Below, one piece after another: positions 10,120-18,534 of a DNA stretch of 28,972 bases. The position numbers were made by a program, and so were the translations under genes. Below the pieces are notes generated by a model. The model worked only from the letters and a program-made list of their open reading frames with translations, did no database searches and was not told the DNA's origin. Source of the stretch: a virus (Duplodnaviria; Caudoviricetes); IMG/VR virus record IMGVR_UViG_3300046786_000187, positions 1 to 28,972 of that record; one strand, written 5' to 3'. The first letter of the stretch is position 1. Every line of letters starts with the position of its first letter.

Positions 10120-10146
10120 CATAGAGGAGCAACGCGCTCCTCTGTG
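10120..10146 (+). terminator. stem-loop after the tail tube gene
   Basis: 11-bp stem CATAGAGGAGC/GCTCCTCTGTG (one U.G pair on the plus strand), loop AACGC; no immediate U tract. Confidence 0.6.
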
Positions 10147-10175
10147 CTGTAATTTTATCGTAAAGGAAAAAGGGA

Positions 10176-10559
10176 ATGGTTTACCTCAATACAAACACAG
10201 CTAATCAGTACGCGTGGCTTTCTTTAGACGAAGGTCGCCAGTATTTCAATGTTGCCTTTACGAACTACTTACTTGTCTTAACGTATGAGATGACAGGTGA
10301 AAAACTCGCGCAAGTAGTTGATGTAATAACCGAAAACGAACGCGTAACTAAAATAAGACTTACTACCGTTGGATTGCTCGATGCAGGACGTTACCATTAC
10401 GAAGTGTATGGACAAAACAGCGATACGAATATAGACCCTACCGACGCTTCCGTTGTTGGTAAGGTTGAAGAAGGGTTAATGATTTTATCTAACGGAACAA
10501 ATTACTTTGACGTTTCAACACCGACAATTCCTGTCGATGTAATTTATACAGGTTACTAA
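10176..10559 (+). CDS. hypothetical structural protein
   Basis: 127 aa, beta-rich (GRYHYEVYGQ...VEEG), between tail tube and portal genes. Confidence 0.55.
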   Translation: MVYLNTNTANQYAWLSLDEGRQYFNVAFTNYLLVLTYEMTGEKLAQVVDVITENERVTKIRLTTVGLLDAGRYHYEVYGQNSDTNIDPTDASVVGKVEEGLMILSNGTNYFDVSTPTIPVDVIYTGY

Positions 10560-10560
10560 T

Positions 10561-12240
10561 ATGAGCAACATTCAAGAAATTCTTTTATCACGTTACGAAC
10601 CTATTGAAGCGGTTGAAAAAGAGAATCGTAGCGGTTGGATTGACTACGGAAATAACAACTTGTTTCCTCAGCACTTAATCAATTTATACCACAACTCACC
10701 AATACACAACGCATTGACGAACTCAATTGCGTTTATGATTGAAGGACAAGGGACAGGAACGATTCTCGACAACGCATTGCAAGGTATTTCATTTGACTTA
10801 AAGTTACAAGGTGCGTTTTGCGCTGAAGTTATTTGGTCGATGGACTTCACTCGCGTTGTACAGATTAACCACTTGCCTTTTGAAAATTGTCGTCTGGCTT
10901 ATGACAAAGAACAGGACGAAGTAACTGGTATTTGGTATTCTAAAGACTGGGCGAACACAAGAAGCAGACGCGGAAAGCCTGAGTTCATTCCTGCGTTTAA
11001 CCCTTCAATTGCACAAGAACAACCAAGACAAGTTATTTACGCTCACGGAATGAGCGCAGGAAGTGTTTACTATCCTAAACCCGATTACTTCGGAGCGTTG
11101 AACTACATCGAGTTGTCGTATCAAATGGGATTGTACCACGTAAATAATATATTGAATGGTTTGTTTCCTTCATTCATTATCAACTTCTTAAACGGAATAC
11201 CGCAAAAAGAAGAACGTGAGGCTATTCGTCGTGAGTGGGAAGCAAGATTAAGCGGTGCGAATAACGCAGGTAAGTTCTTAATGACGTTTAACGAAGACCC
11301 AACACGCGCTCCTTCAATCGAAGCGTTTCCTCTTTCAGATGCTGACAAACAATATCAGTTCTTAAGCGAAGAAACAGCGAAGCAAATTATGGTTGGACAC
11401 CGCGTTGTTTCACCATTAATTCACGGAATTAGAGACACGACAGGATTCGGTTCGAACAAAGATGAGATGTTGGTTGGTTTAGAGATATTCAACAACCAAG
11501 TTATCAAGCCATACCAAAGAATCATTGAGAATGTATTCACTCCAATTTTGGGAGATGTAAATATCGTTATGAACTCACCTTTTGATCCCGAAGTTATTCA
11601 ACCTACTACTCAATCAATCGAGTTAAAAAAAAAAGTAGTTGCGACTGCTGAGAATGACTTTTCAGACGAACAAGGTCGTGTTTGGATTCAAACGCTAAAA
11701 GAGAAAGCTGAAATAGTTGATTTAAACGAGTGGGAGTTGTTGAGCGAAGAAGATGTAACAGACCCACACAACGAAGCAAATTTCAGACAAGAATATATGA
11801 GCGTTCGCAGTTATGCAAATGCTGACGAGAAATCTACTTGGGGAGATACAGGACTTTACAAATTACGTTACGCTTACTCGCAAAATTTAAGCACAAATAG
11901 TCGTGAGTTTTGTCAAGAAATGGTTGGACTATCAAAGGCAGGTTTGTCTTTCAGATATGAAGACATTCAAGATATGAGCGACGCAGGAGTGAATGGAGAA
12001 TTTGCTCCAGAAGGAAGTTCAACATATAATATCTTTATTTGGAAAGGCGGTTGTTTTTGCCATCACGTTTGGAAGCGTCAAATTTATATCAGAAAGAGAG
12101 ATGCAAAAGGTCGCATACTTCCTAACGATGGATTAAACAACGATAAGCGTGTAGGTAATAACCCATACGTTAAGCCAAAAGGCGAAGAAGGCATTGCGCC
12201 AATAGACACACCAACACGCGGTTCACTTAAATACTCATAA
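10561..12240 (+). CDS. portal protein with an extra C-terminal domain of about 200 aa
   Basis: WIDYGNNNLFP, LYHNSPIHNA, YYPKPDY, NGLFPS, GANNAGK and IMVGHRV portal motifs in aa 1-~345; C-terminal domain has SREFC and KGGCFCHHVW. Confidence 0.85.
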   Translation: MSNIQEILLSRYEPIEAVEKENRSGWIDYGNNNLFPQHLINLYHNSPIHNALTNSIAFMIEGQGTGTILDNALQGISFDLKLQGAFCAEVIWSMDFTRVVQINHLPFENCRLAYDKEQDEVTGIWYSKDWANTRSRRGKPEFIPAFNPSIAQEQPRQVIYAHGMSAGSVYYPKPDYFGALNYIELSYQMGLYHVNNILNGLFPSFIINFLNGIPQKEEREAIRREWEARLSGANNAGKFLMTFNEDPTRAPSIEAFPLSDADKQYQFLSEETAKQIMVGHRVVSPLIHGIRDTTGFGSNKDEMLVGLEIFNNQVIKPYQRIIENVFTPILGDVNIVMNSPFDPEVIQPTTQSIELKKKVVATAENDFSDEQGRVWIQTLKEKAEIVDLNEWELLSEEDVTDPHNEANFRQEYMSVRSYANADEKSTWGDTGLYKLRYAYSQNLSTNSREFCQEMVGLSKAGLSFRYEDIQDMSDAGVNGEFAPEGSSTYNIFIWKGGCFCHHVWKRQIYIRKRDAKGRILPNDGLNNDKRVGNNPYVKPKGEEGIAPIDTPTRGSLKYS

Positions 12241-12245
12241 ACATT

Positions 12246-12818
12246 ATGGCACTATCACCCGAAGTTCTACTCATTGACGAGAACTATATCAAAAAATACA
12301 CTTGGATTAACGGTTCTGTTGATCCGTTGTTAATGTACCCTGCTATTTATCTTGCACAAGACGAATACGCTCAATTATATCTTGGTACTGATTTGTACGA
12401 AAAGATTAAAGAAGACGTTGTTAACAACGATATTACAGGCGCATACGAGACACTTCTTGACAAGTATTTGCGTCGAATGATTATGTGGTGGTCTTTGTAT
12501 GAAATGCTTCCGCATTTGTACGTTAAAACAGACAATGGAAGTCTTGTGATTAGAACAAGTGAAGATACTCAACCTATCTCACAAAGCGACTTGCAGAACT
12601 ACCGCGACCAAGCACGTTCGAAGGCTATGTTTTACACTCAGCGAATGGTTGACTATTTGTGCAACAACAGCTCAGACTTTCCAGAGTATCTTACAAACAC
12701 GAACAATCAAATCTATTCGCAAACAAACGTGTATCCTTCAAACGCTTTTGAGATTAGCGATGGACGTGATAAGCATTCGTACGTTTATCGTCGTCAAGGA
12801 TTAGGTTGGATTAAATAA
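12246..12818 (+). CDS. head-tail adaptor/connector protein
   Basis: 190 aa helical; INGSVD, AQD...LGTDLY and FPEY motifs; directly after the portal gene. Confidence 0.6.
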   Translation: MALSPEVLLIDENYIKKYTWINGSVDPLLMYPAIYLAQDEYAQLYLGTDLYEKIKEDVVNNDITGAYETLLDKYLRRMIMWWSLYEMLPHLYVKTDNGSLVIRTSEDTQPISQSDLQNYRDQARSKAMFYTQRMVDYLCNNSSDFPEYLTNTNNQIYSQTNVYPSNAFEISDGRDKHSYVYRRQGLGWIK

Positions 12819-12825
12819 AAATTGA

Positions 12826-12942
12826 ATGGCAAAAAGGGGACGGAAAAAAGACTTAACAATGCAGAAGATTTACGAAGAAAAGTTTCGTAAGTATCTTGCA
12901 AAGAAAGAAAAACAAATAAAGAAACTGAGCAATGAAAGTTAA
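12826..12942 (+). CDS. 38-aa highly basic peptide (not in ORF track)
   Basis: MAKRGRKKDLTMQKIYEEKFRKYLAKKEKQIKKLSNES*; fills the gap and overlaps the endolysin start. Confidence 0.55.
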   Translation: MAKRGRKKDLTMQKIYEEKFRKYLAKKEKQIKKLSNES

Positions 12943-13378
12943 CGAGGAAGGATACGCTCTGATTAAGCGTTTTGAAGGTTGTCGATTGAAGGCTTATAAA
13001 TGCCCTGCAAACGTGTGGACAATTGGTTATGGAAACACTTTCTACGAAGACGGAATGAAAGTTAAGGAAGGCGACGTAATCACTCAACAACGTGCTGAAG
13101 AACTTGCAAAGTTTGTCATTGACCAATTCGCTGTAACCATTGCTCCATTCATAACACAACCTTTAAATGACAATCAATTTAGCGCGTGTGTTTCACTTGC
13201 GTACAACATTGGACAAGGTGGTTTCAAAAAGTCTTCCGTATTCAAGAAGTTAAACATCAATCCTAACGATCCAACGATAGCAGATTCTTTTCGTTTGTGG
13301 AATAAGGGTGGTGGTCAAGTTCTTGCAGGTTTGGTAAAACGTAGAGAAGCAGAAATTCAACTTTACTTTAAGAAATGA
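12932..13378 (+). CDS. endolysin, GH24 phage lysozyme
   Basis: FEGCRLKAYKCPANVWTIGYG catalytic E-x8-(D/C)-x5-T pattern; SLAYNIG; GLVKRREAE. Confidence 0.93.
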   Translation: MKVNEEGYALIKRFEGCRLKAYKCPANVWTIGYGNTFYEDGMKVKEGDVITQQRAEELAKFVIDQFAVTIAPFITQPLNDNQFSACVSLAYNIGQGGFKKSSVFKKLNINPNDPTIADSFRLWNKGGGQVLAGLVKRREAEIQLYFKK

Positions 13379-13623
13379 ACACCGAAAAAGAGATAGCATT
13401 GATACACGAAGAATTGCAGGAAATGAACAAGAAGATAGACCGTATCTATCACGTGCTTATTGGCGACGACCAGATGAAGATTGAAGGTCTTGTAAGCAAA
13501 GTTCAGAAGCACGATAAATATATTCAGAATCAACGCTTACAAGTCGCTCGTTTGGGTGGTATTGCAACTGCTGCTGGTGTTGTTGGTGGGTTAATTGTTC
13601 AGTTCATATTGAAACTATTATGA
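13375..13623 (+). CDS. holin/antiholin-like protein (coiled coil plus C-terminal TM)
   Basis: 82 aa, one C-terminal hydrophobic helix, ATGA-coupled to the endolysin. Confidence 0.55.
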   Translation: MNTEKEIALIHEELQEMNKKIDRIYHVLIGDDQMKIEGLVSKVQKHDKYIQNQRLQVARLGGIATAAGVVGGLIVQFILKLL

Positions 13624-13889
13624 AAGAATGGTTGAAATCTTTGTTAACATCCTGTTCGAAAGTATCAAGTAAGCGAGTAATTGCTATATTTGTTGTAATT
13701 AACTTAATTGCTTTTAGTTACATTGCGACATTCACTACTTATATCTGTCCTATTGAGATGTTCAACACTCTTGCATTGTTGACAGGTAGTATGTTTGGTG
13801 GTACTGTGATTGAAAAGTTTACTAAAAATACAACTAATGGGCAGACCACAAACGGAAGCGAGGAAAATAGCAATAGAGATTTGCAGTAA
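13620..13889 (+). CDS. putative holin (2 TM)
   Basis: VSSKRVIA followed by two hydrophobic helices and a VIEKF tail; in the lysis cassette. Confidence 0.65.
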   Translation: MKEWLKSLLTSCSKVSSKRVIAIFVVINLIAFSYIATFTTYICPIEMFNTLALLTGSMFGGTVIEKFTKNTTNGQTTNGSEENSNRDLQ

Positions 13890-14838
13890 ATTCCCTGAAG
13901 CACCTTCTCATTCTTTAGCAACTAAACTATTTACTGAATATCCAGAAGCGTTCGATTCAGCGGAACACGCGAGAACTTATGTTCGTAGTATTCGTGGTAA
14001 GTATGGTAAAACAAAAAAAAATCAATTAGCGGATAAATCGTTAGTTGATAATAAAGTAAGACCTTCCAACCCATACGCGCTTCCTAAATCTTATTCGAAG
14101 AAACGCAGACACGTTGAATTGAAGGGAAACAAGTTCTTAATCCTTTCAGATATTCACTTGCCCTACCAAGACAACGAAGCGTTAGAGTGTGCTATTGCAG
14201 AAGGATTAAAACAGGGCTGTGACGCAATCATTTTAAATGGTGACGCGTTGGATTGTCATATGATTAGCGATTTTGTTAAAGATCCACGCAAGAGAAAATT
14301 CAAAGACGAATTATATTCTATCCGTCAATTCCTTGCATCGCTTAGAAACACTTTTCCAAACGCTCACATTTATTACAAAGAAGGAAACCACGAAGAACGC
14401 TATTGGAGATATATGCGAATAAAAGCACCCGAATTATTCGACATTGACGCGTTCGACTTTCCAACGCTTACGCATTGCGACAAGCACGACGTGAAATGGA
14501 TTGACGGAAAGAGCAAACTGAATATCGGTAAACTTTCAATCTTTCACGGACACGAATTTGGCAAACAATTCCTTCCGTCTGTTAACGTAGCGCGTGGGTT
14601 ATTTATGAAGACGAAAGTGAGCGCATTGTGCGGACATCATCACCAGACTGCTGAACATAATGAGCGCGATGCGAACGGAAAGTTTATAACCTGTTGGGGT
14701 GTTGGTTGCTTATCTGAATTAAGTCCCGACTACAACCCTTATTCAAAGTACAATCACGGATTTGCAATAGTTGACAAAGGCGCGAATGGTTCATTTAGCG
14801 TTAAAAATTACAGAATACACGAAGGAAAAATCTTATGA
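13837..14838 (+). CDS. calcineurin-like metallophosphoesterase (likely start 13837)
   Basis: All five motifs present: SDIH, GDALD, GNHE, HGH, GHHH. Confidence 0.88.
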   Translation: MGRPQTEARKIAIEICSKFPEAPSHSLATKLFTEYPEAFDSAEHARTYVRSIRGKYGKTKKNQLADKSLVDNKVRPSNPYALPKSYSKKRRHVELKGNKFLILSDIHLPYQDNEALECAIAEGLKQGCDAIILNGDALDCHMISDFVKDPRKRKFKDELYSIRQFLASLRNTFPNAHIYYKEGNHEERYWRYMRIKAPELFDIDAFDFPTLTHCDKHDVKWIDGKSKLNIGKLSIFHGHEFGKQFLPSVNVARGLFMKTKVSALCGHHHQTAEHNERDANGKFITCWGVGCLSELSPDYNPYSKYNHGFAIVDKGANGSFSVKNYRIHEGKIL

Positions 14839-15410
14839 GAAAGAATATATTATTTGCAATCTTGCTCGTTTTAGGAACGTCTATTATTTGGACAGTCATT
14901 TGTTGGAATTGGTGGGGACGAACTGTTGCAAAAAACGCAACAACTGAAATTCAAAAGCAAGATAGCGTGATAAACTACAACGCTGGCGAATATGACCGAT
15001 TACTTCAAGAACAAATAGAACTTTACAAACAACTTCGCACATATGAAGATGCTCAACTTACAGCCAAGACCACCTATAAAAGAACTCGTGATTCTATTAT
15101 TATTCGAGATACTATTGTTCGCGTTGATGTTCTCCGTTTGGTGAACTCTTGCGATAGCGTTATTACTTCAGATTCGTTGGTCATTAACAATTTGAAAGAA
15201 CAATTGAACATTGAAGAAGAAAAGATTGACAACTTGCAAGAAACAATCGATGCTTATGAACAAAAGACAGATGTATTAACTGAAGAAATTAACACTCTAA
15301 CTGCTGAAAACAAAAAGTTGGACAAACAAAAAAAGCGCAGAAACCACGCTTTAATTGTTACAAGTACAGTAGCTGTTCTTTCTACTTTTGTTCTTTCAGT
15401 TTTACTTTAG
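14835..15410 (+). CDS. membrane-anchored coiled-coil protein, spanin-like
   Basis: N-terminal TM, long coiled coil, C-terminal hydrophobic segment; last gene of the lysis region. Confidence 0.5.
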   Translation: MRKNILFAILLVLGTSIIWTVICWNWWGRTVAKNATTEIQKQDSVINYNAGEYDRLLQEQIELYKQLRTYEDAQLTAKTTYKRTRDSIIIRDTIVRVDVLRLVNSCDSVITSDSLVINNLKEQLNIEEEKIDNLQETIDAYEQKTDVLTEEINTLTAENKKLDKQKKRRNHALIVTSTVAVLSTFVLSVLL

Positions 15411-15567
15411 ATTCTGGAACGTAGAACTTCAAGGAGAACTCAATCGCTTCACTTAAGAAAGCGTTGCGACTATTCTCACCTCTCTTTTCGTCAATCTCGT
15501 TCCATAGGTATTTGTGTAAGTAAACACATATTCCTTTTTTAGTTTTGCTTTCTGGCATCTTCTTCAA
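15382..15567 (-). CDS. ribbon-helix-helix DNA-binding protein
   Basis: GICVYL strand, LWNEID helix, SRNAFLSEAI helix (CopG/Arc pattern). Confidence 0.65.
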   Translation of the reverse strand: MKKMPESKTKKGICVYLHKYLWNEIDEKRGENSRNAFLSEAIEFSLKFYVPESKVKLKEQK

Positions 15568-15742
15568 TTTTAAGTTTCTTCAAATACAAGGCAAGGTCTA
15601 ACGCTTCTTCGTACGCGTGTTGTAGCCATTCAGAGCGCGTTAAATCAGTTCGGTCGAGTGTTGTTCCATACGTCTCCATTCCCTTCGCTTCACGCGCTTC
15701 TAATTCAGCGATAACTTGCGCGAGTAAATTACTTTTCTTCAT
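15539..15742 (-). CDS. small all-alpha protein, probably MazG/NTP-pyrophosphatase-like
   Basis: GMETYGTTLDR...WLQHAYEEALDLALY, an EExxD motif family common in phages. Confidence 0.55.
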   Translation of the reverse strand: MKKSNLLAQVIAELEAREAKGMETYGTTLDRTDLTRSEWLQHAYEEALDLALYLKKLKIEEDARKQN

Positions 15743-15941
15743 TCGGCTTACTCATCATTGAACCTATCATCAACGCTAAATATATTTTCTCTTTCGCGTT
15801 TAAGTCCTTTCGTTGAGAAAGTTCCAAAAGGATGTCTCCAAGAATCTTTCCTTGTTGAAAATAGGTTGCGAGCGAATTAACAATTTCGCGTTCGCGTTCG
15901 TAAGTCATTTTGAGCGACTCGTATAGTGGTGTGTTTTTCAT
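15729..15941 (-). CDS. hypothetical protein (probably leaderless)
   Basis: 70-aa ORF whose ATG coincides with the predicted +1 of promoter 15946-15975. Confidence 0.7.
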   Translation of the reverse strand: MKNTPLYESLKMTYEREREIVNSLATYFQQGKILGDILLELSQRKDLNAKEKIYLALMIGSMMSKPNEEK

Positions 15942-15945
15942 TGTG

Positions 15946-15975
15946 CTAATATAATTAAGTTATGCTAACCCACAA
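15946..15975 (-). promoter_or_regulatory. Bacteroidota housekeeping-type promoter
   Basis: Minus strand TTG (15975-15973)-N19-TATATTAG (15953-15946)-CACA-ATG; one mismatch to TAnnTTTG. Confidence 0.65.
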
Positions 15976-17269
15976 CATATTGTCCATAACTTGGATTGAG
16001 TTCGAAATACATACGCATCATTATCGCGTCGGCAACGTCGGGAGAAATACCTTCGCGGTTCTTGATTGCGTCTTTCGGAGTTACTTGCAACTTACCGTCA
16101 ACGTCTGCACGGTGTCGCTTAATCATTTCCAGCTCACGAATGATTTGTTCCTTGCGTGTGTTGGAAAGAATAGTGAGCCGATTCTCCTCTACATATTGAG
16201 CCAATTTGTAGTAACATTCGCTTTTCAAGTTTTGGTATTGTGGGTGTTTGGGTTTAGATCCGTTGACGAACCCGCGACATTTTAAGAAGTCAACTACACC
16301 ACCACCAACACCGTCTTCGTCGCACACTACGTCTTGCAATAAAATTGAATGTTGTTGACAGGTTAAACGAATCTTGTTTACGACTTCGTCCAACGCTGCA
16401 CGATTGAGTTCAATTATGTCAATAATGGTAAGACCTTCCCAAACACAAATGATTGTCCTGTCCTTTCCAAAACGGGCGATGTCGGCTGTGATATACTTCT
16501 TTCCTTCAATTAATTCATTGCGGAACATACGCAATAGGTTGTCTGTTGAAAACAACTTGTCAGAATCATCGTCAAACTCCCAATTGCCTTCTAATAGACG
16601 TTTGCGGTCGTATTCTGGAAGTTTATGCAAGTTCTCAAGATAAGTCTGCGAGATATACGGATTATCCGTTGGTAACGCTTGGACAAAGGCACGGTCATTT
16701 CTTAATTCACCTTTCAAATTAGCGTAGTAAAAGTCATTATACAACCAACCTTTCGCAGGGTTACAAGTCATTAAACCCTTTGCTCTGTCATTAATCAATT
16801 TATAACGGACACGGCTTTGCAAGATGTCAATACAACGCTTTGAAACTTCCGCTACTTCATCTACGAAGTAGTCTGTGATTTCAATCGACCCAAATCTCTG
16901 AAAGTCTGGGTCTGAGGGCATATCCGCCAAGTCCATTAATATCGTTTGGCTTCCATTATACCACTTAATAACGTGGTCTTGTCCATTATATGTGTAATGA
17001 ACGTTTGGTTTCAATCCGTGCAAGGTGCAAAGTTCAAAGAAAGTCTGCATCGTTGACAAGCGCAACTTCTTTAATTCAGCACGACCGATTAATCCCTTTG
17101 TCCCTGGGTATTTTATTCTTCTTTTTATCTGCCAATCGCAACCAAGAAATGACTTTCCACTAAACACACCGCCACCATACAATACCTGCGCAATAGGACT
17201 TTCATAAGAAAGAAGTTCCAACGCGTGTTTCTGTTTGTCGTGGTAAATTATTTCGCGTGGTTCATTCAT
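15965..17269 (-). CDS. terL: terminase large subunit
   Basis: Walker A YGGGVFSGKS, Walker B YFVDE, motif III TCNP, RNase H-like ADIARFGKD and SPDVADA. Confidence 0.93.
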   Translation of the reverse strand: MNEPREIIYHDKQKHALELLSYESPIAQVLYGGGVFSGKSFLGCDWQIKRRIKYPGTKGLIGRAELKKLRLSTMQTFFELCTLHGLKPNVHYTYNGQDHVIKWYNGSQTILMDLADMPSDPDFQRFGSIEITDYFVDEVAEVSKRCIDILQSRVRYKLINDRAKGLMTCNPAKGWLYNDFYYANLKGELRNDRAFVQALPTDNPYISQTYLENLHKLPEYDRKRLLEGNWEFDDDSDKLFSTDNLLRMFRNELIEGKKYITADIARFGKDRTIICVWEGLTIIDIIELNRAALDEVVNKIRLTCQQHSILLQDVVCDEDGVGGGVVDFLKCRGFVNGSKPKHPQYQNLKSECYYKLAQYVEENRLTILSNTRKEQIIRELEMIKRHRADVDGKLQVTPKDAIKNREGISPDVADAIMMRMYFELNPSYGQYVVG

Positions 17270-17432
17270 TTATACTAATCATTGCGTAAGACTGCGGAAT
17301 TTGTGCAATTATTTTATCTCCAATTAAGCACCACCAATACGACTCATTAACCGAACCATACTCTTCGATTTTATCACAAATAACAATGTGCGCTTCGCCT
17401 GTTACAGGATGAATGAATTTGTACTTTCTCAT
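17262..17432 (-). CDS. 56-aa hypothetical protein (not in ORF track)
   Basis: MRKYKFIHPVTGEAHIVICDK...MISINE*; TAATG overlap upstream and overlap with the terL start. Confidence 0.7.
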   Translation of the reverse strand: MRKYKFIHPVTGEAHIVICDKIEEYGSVNESYWWCLIGDKIIAQIPQSYAMISINE

Positions 17433-17782
17433 TAAAATAGTGTTAGTTGATTTTCAACCACAGGACAAAGTTCGTCTTGAAGTATTTGAATAATACGATC
17501 ATAGCGTTTTTGTTCGTTGCGTCGTTTCAATTGATTTATGAGTAACTGAAGACCACCTTCAAACGCTTCTGCTTTTGTTTTATACAAGTCGTTGTCTGGT
17601 CTATACTGGTTAAATGTGTGAGACCAACCTTCAGACATCCCGTTGAAGCGAACTCCATAACCCCACAATTCATCTTGAACAATAGCAACTTCAACTTGCG
17701 CTTCGTAACCCTTACTGCATTTAAATGTTTTTAAGATAGGGTTTTCACACGCTCCGTGTTCGTTATAAATAAATTGGTTCAT
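17432..17782 (-). CDS. hypothetical protein ending in QLTLF
   Basis: 116-aa coupled ORF; C-terminus resembles the beta-clamp-binding motif. Confidence 0.7.
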   Translation of the reverse strand: MNQFIYNEHGACENPILKTFKCSKGYEAQVEVAIVQDELWGYGVRFNGMSEGWSHTFNQYRPDNDLYKTKAEAFEGGLQLLINQLKRRNEQKRYDRIIQILQDELCPVVENQLTLF

Positions 17783-18534
17783 TGCTTACTTAAATATAAT
17801 TTGTATAACTCACGGAAGCCTTCAAACTGAATTGATTCTTTGAGCAATTGACGCTTCCTGTCGCTCATTCGTTCAATCATTCCTTTGCTTAATTGTTGTT
17901 CGTTGAAGACTGTCTTTCTTGCCTTCGCTTTACAAAGGTTGTATTCGTCGTCTGTGAATGTTTCGGCTGTAATACGCTTACTTTCTTCGAGCCAACGCAT
18001 CATTGACACCCCTCGCAATTCTAATGTCGTGTATTTGCCTTGTTTAAAACTTTCAATATCTTCCGCAAGCATGCGCTTCCAGCTATCATCGTTTACTGCC
18101 ATTTCATTCTCCTTTATTTGTTGTGATTTTTCTTCTATCGCGTCTGCAATTTCACGTTGAATTTGTAGGTTCGCTTTGTCACGATGTGGTTTGTAGTGTG
18201 TTAGTACGTCGCCAATAAACGAAACGCTCAACGCTCCGAAATGCTCACACTTTTTACTCAGTTCGTTCGCTGCGTTTAGTTCGAAGGCAAGATTGAAGTG
18301 TTCAAACGTAACCCAACGAAAATGCTTTATAATGAACTCATGCAATAACTGCAAAAGTTGCGCTTCTGGAAGTGCTATTCCGTACATCGCGCACACCTTT
18401 GAGCAAAGTTTAACGAATGTGGGTAGGTCGTAGTCGGCTACAAATGCGCTTTCGCGTTCTGCACGATCAACCCTTTGTGTAATTGTGAGCGTCGTTGTAT
18501 ATGCGTTGCGCAGCGTCTGAATCGAATTTTCCAT
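17779..18534 (-). CDS. putative replication partner/helicase-loader-like protein
   Basis: 251 aa helical; lies in the lambda-P position directly after the initiator-like gene; EHFNLAF...EHFGALSVSFIGDVL. Confidence 0.4.
   Translation of the reverse strand: MENSIQTLRNAYTTTLTITQRVDRAERESAFVADYDLPTFVKLCSKVCAMYGIALPEAQLLQLLHEFIIKHFRWVTFEHFNLAFELNAANELSKKCEHFGALSVSFIGDVLTHYKPHRDKANLQIQREIADAIEEKSQQIKENEMAVNDDSWKRMLAEDIESFKQGKYTTLELRGVSMMRWLEESKRITAETFTDDEYNLCKAKARKTVFNEQQLSKGMIERMSDRKRQLLKESIQFEGFRELYKLYLSKQ

Noticed and set aside
12962-13030. Cys instead of Asp in the lysozyme catalytic triad
   Set aside because: A known common variant in GH24 phage lysozymes, not a sign of inactivation
1311-13921. 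Minus-strand and nested ORF-track calls within structural genes (e.g. 1311-1544, 8151-8453, 12794-13159)
   Set aside because: Shadow frames of well-supported plus-strand genes, with no motifs or leaders
14013-14021. A9 run in the phosphoesterase gene (also A8 near 6591 in the tape measure gene)
   Set aside because: Lys-rich, AT-rich context with no evident useful alternative product
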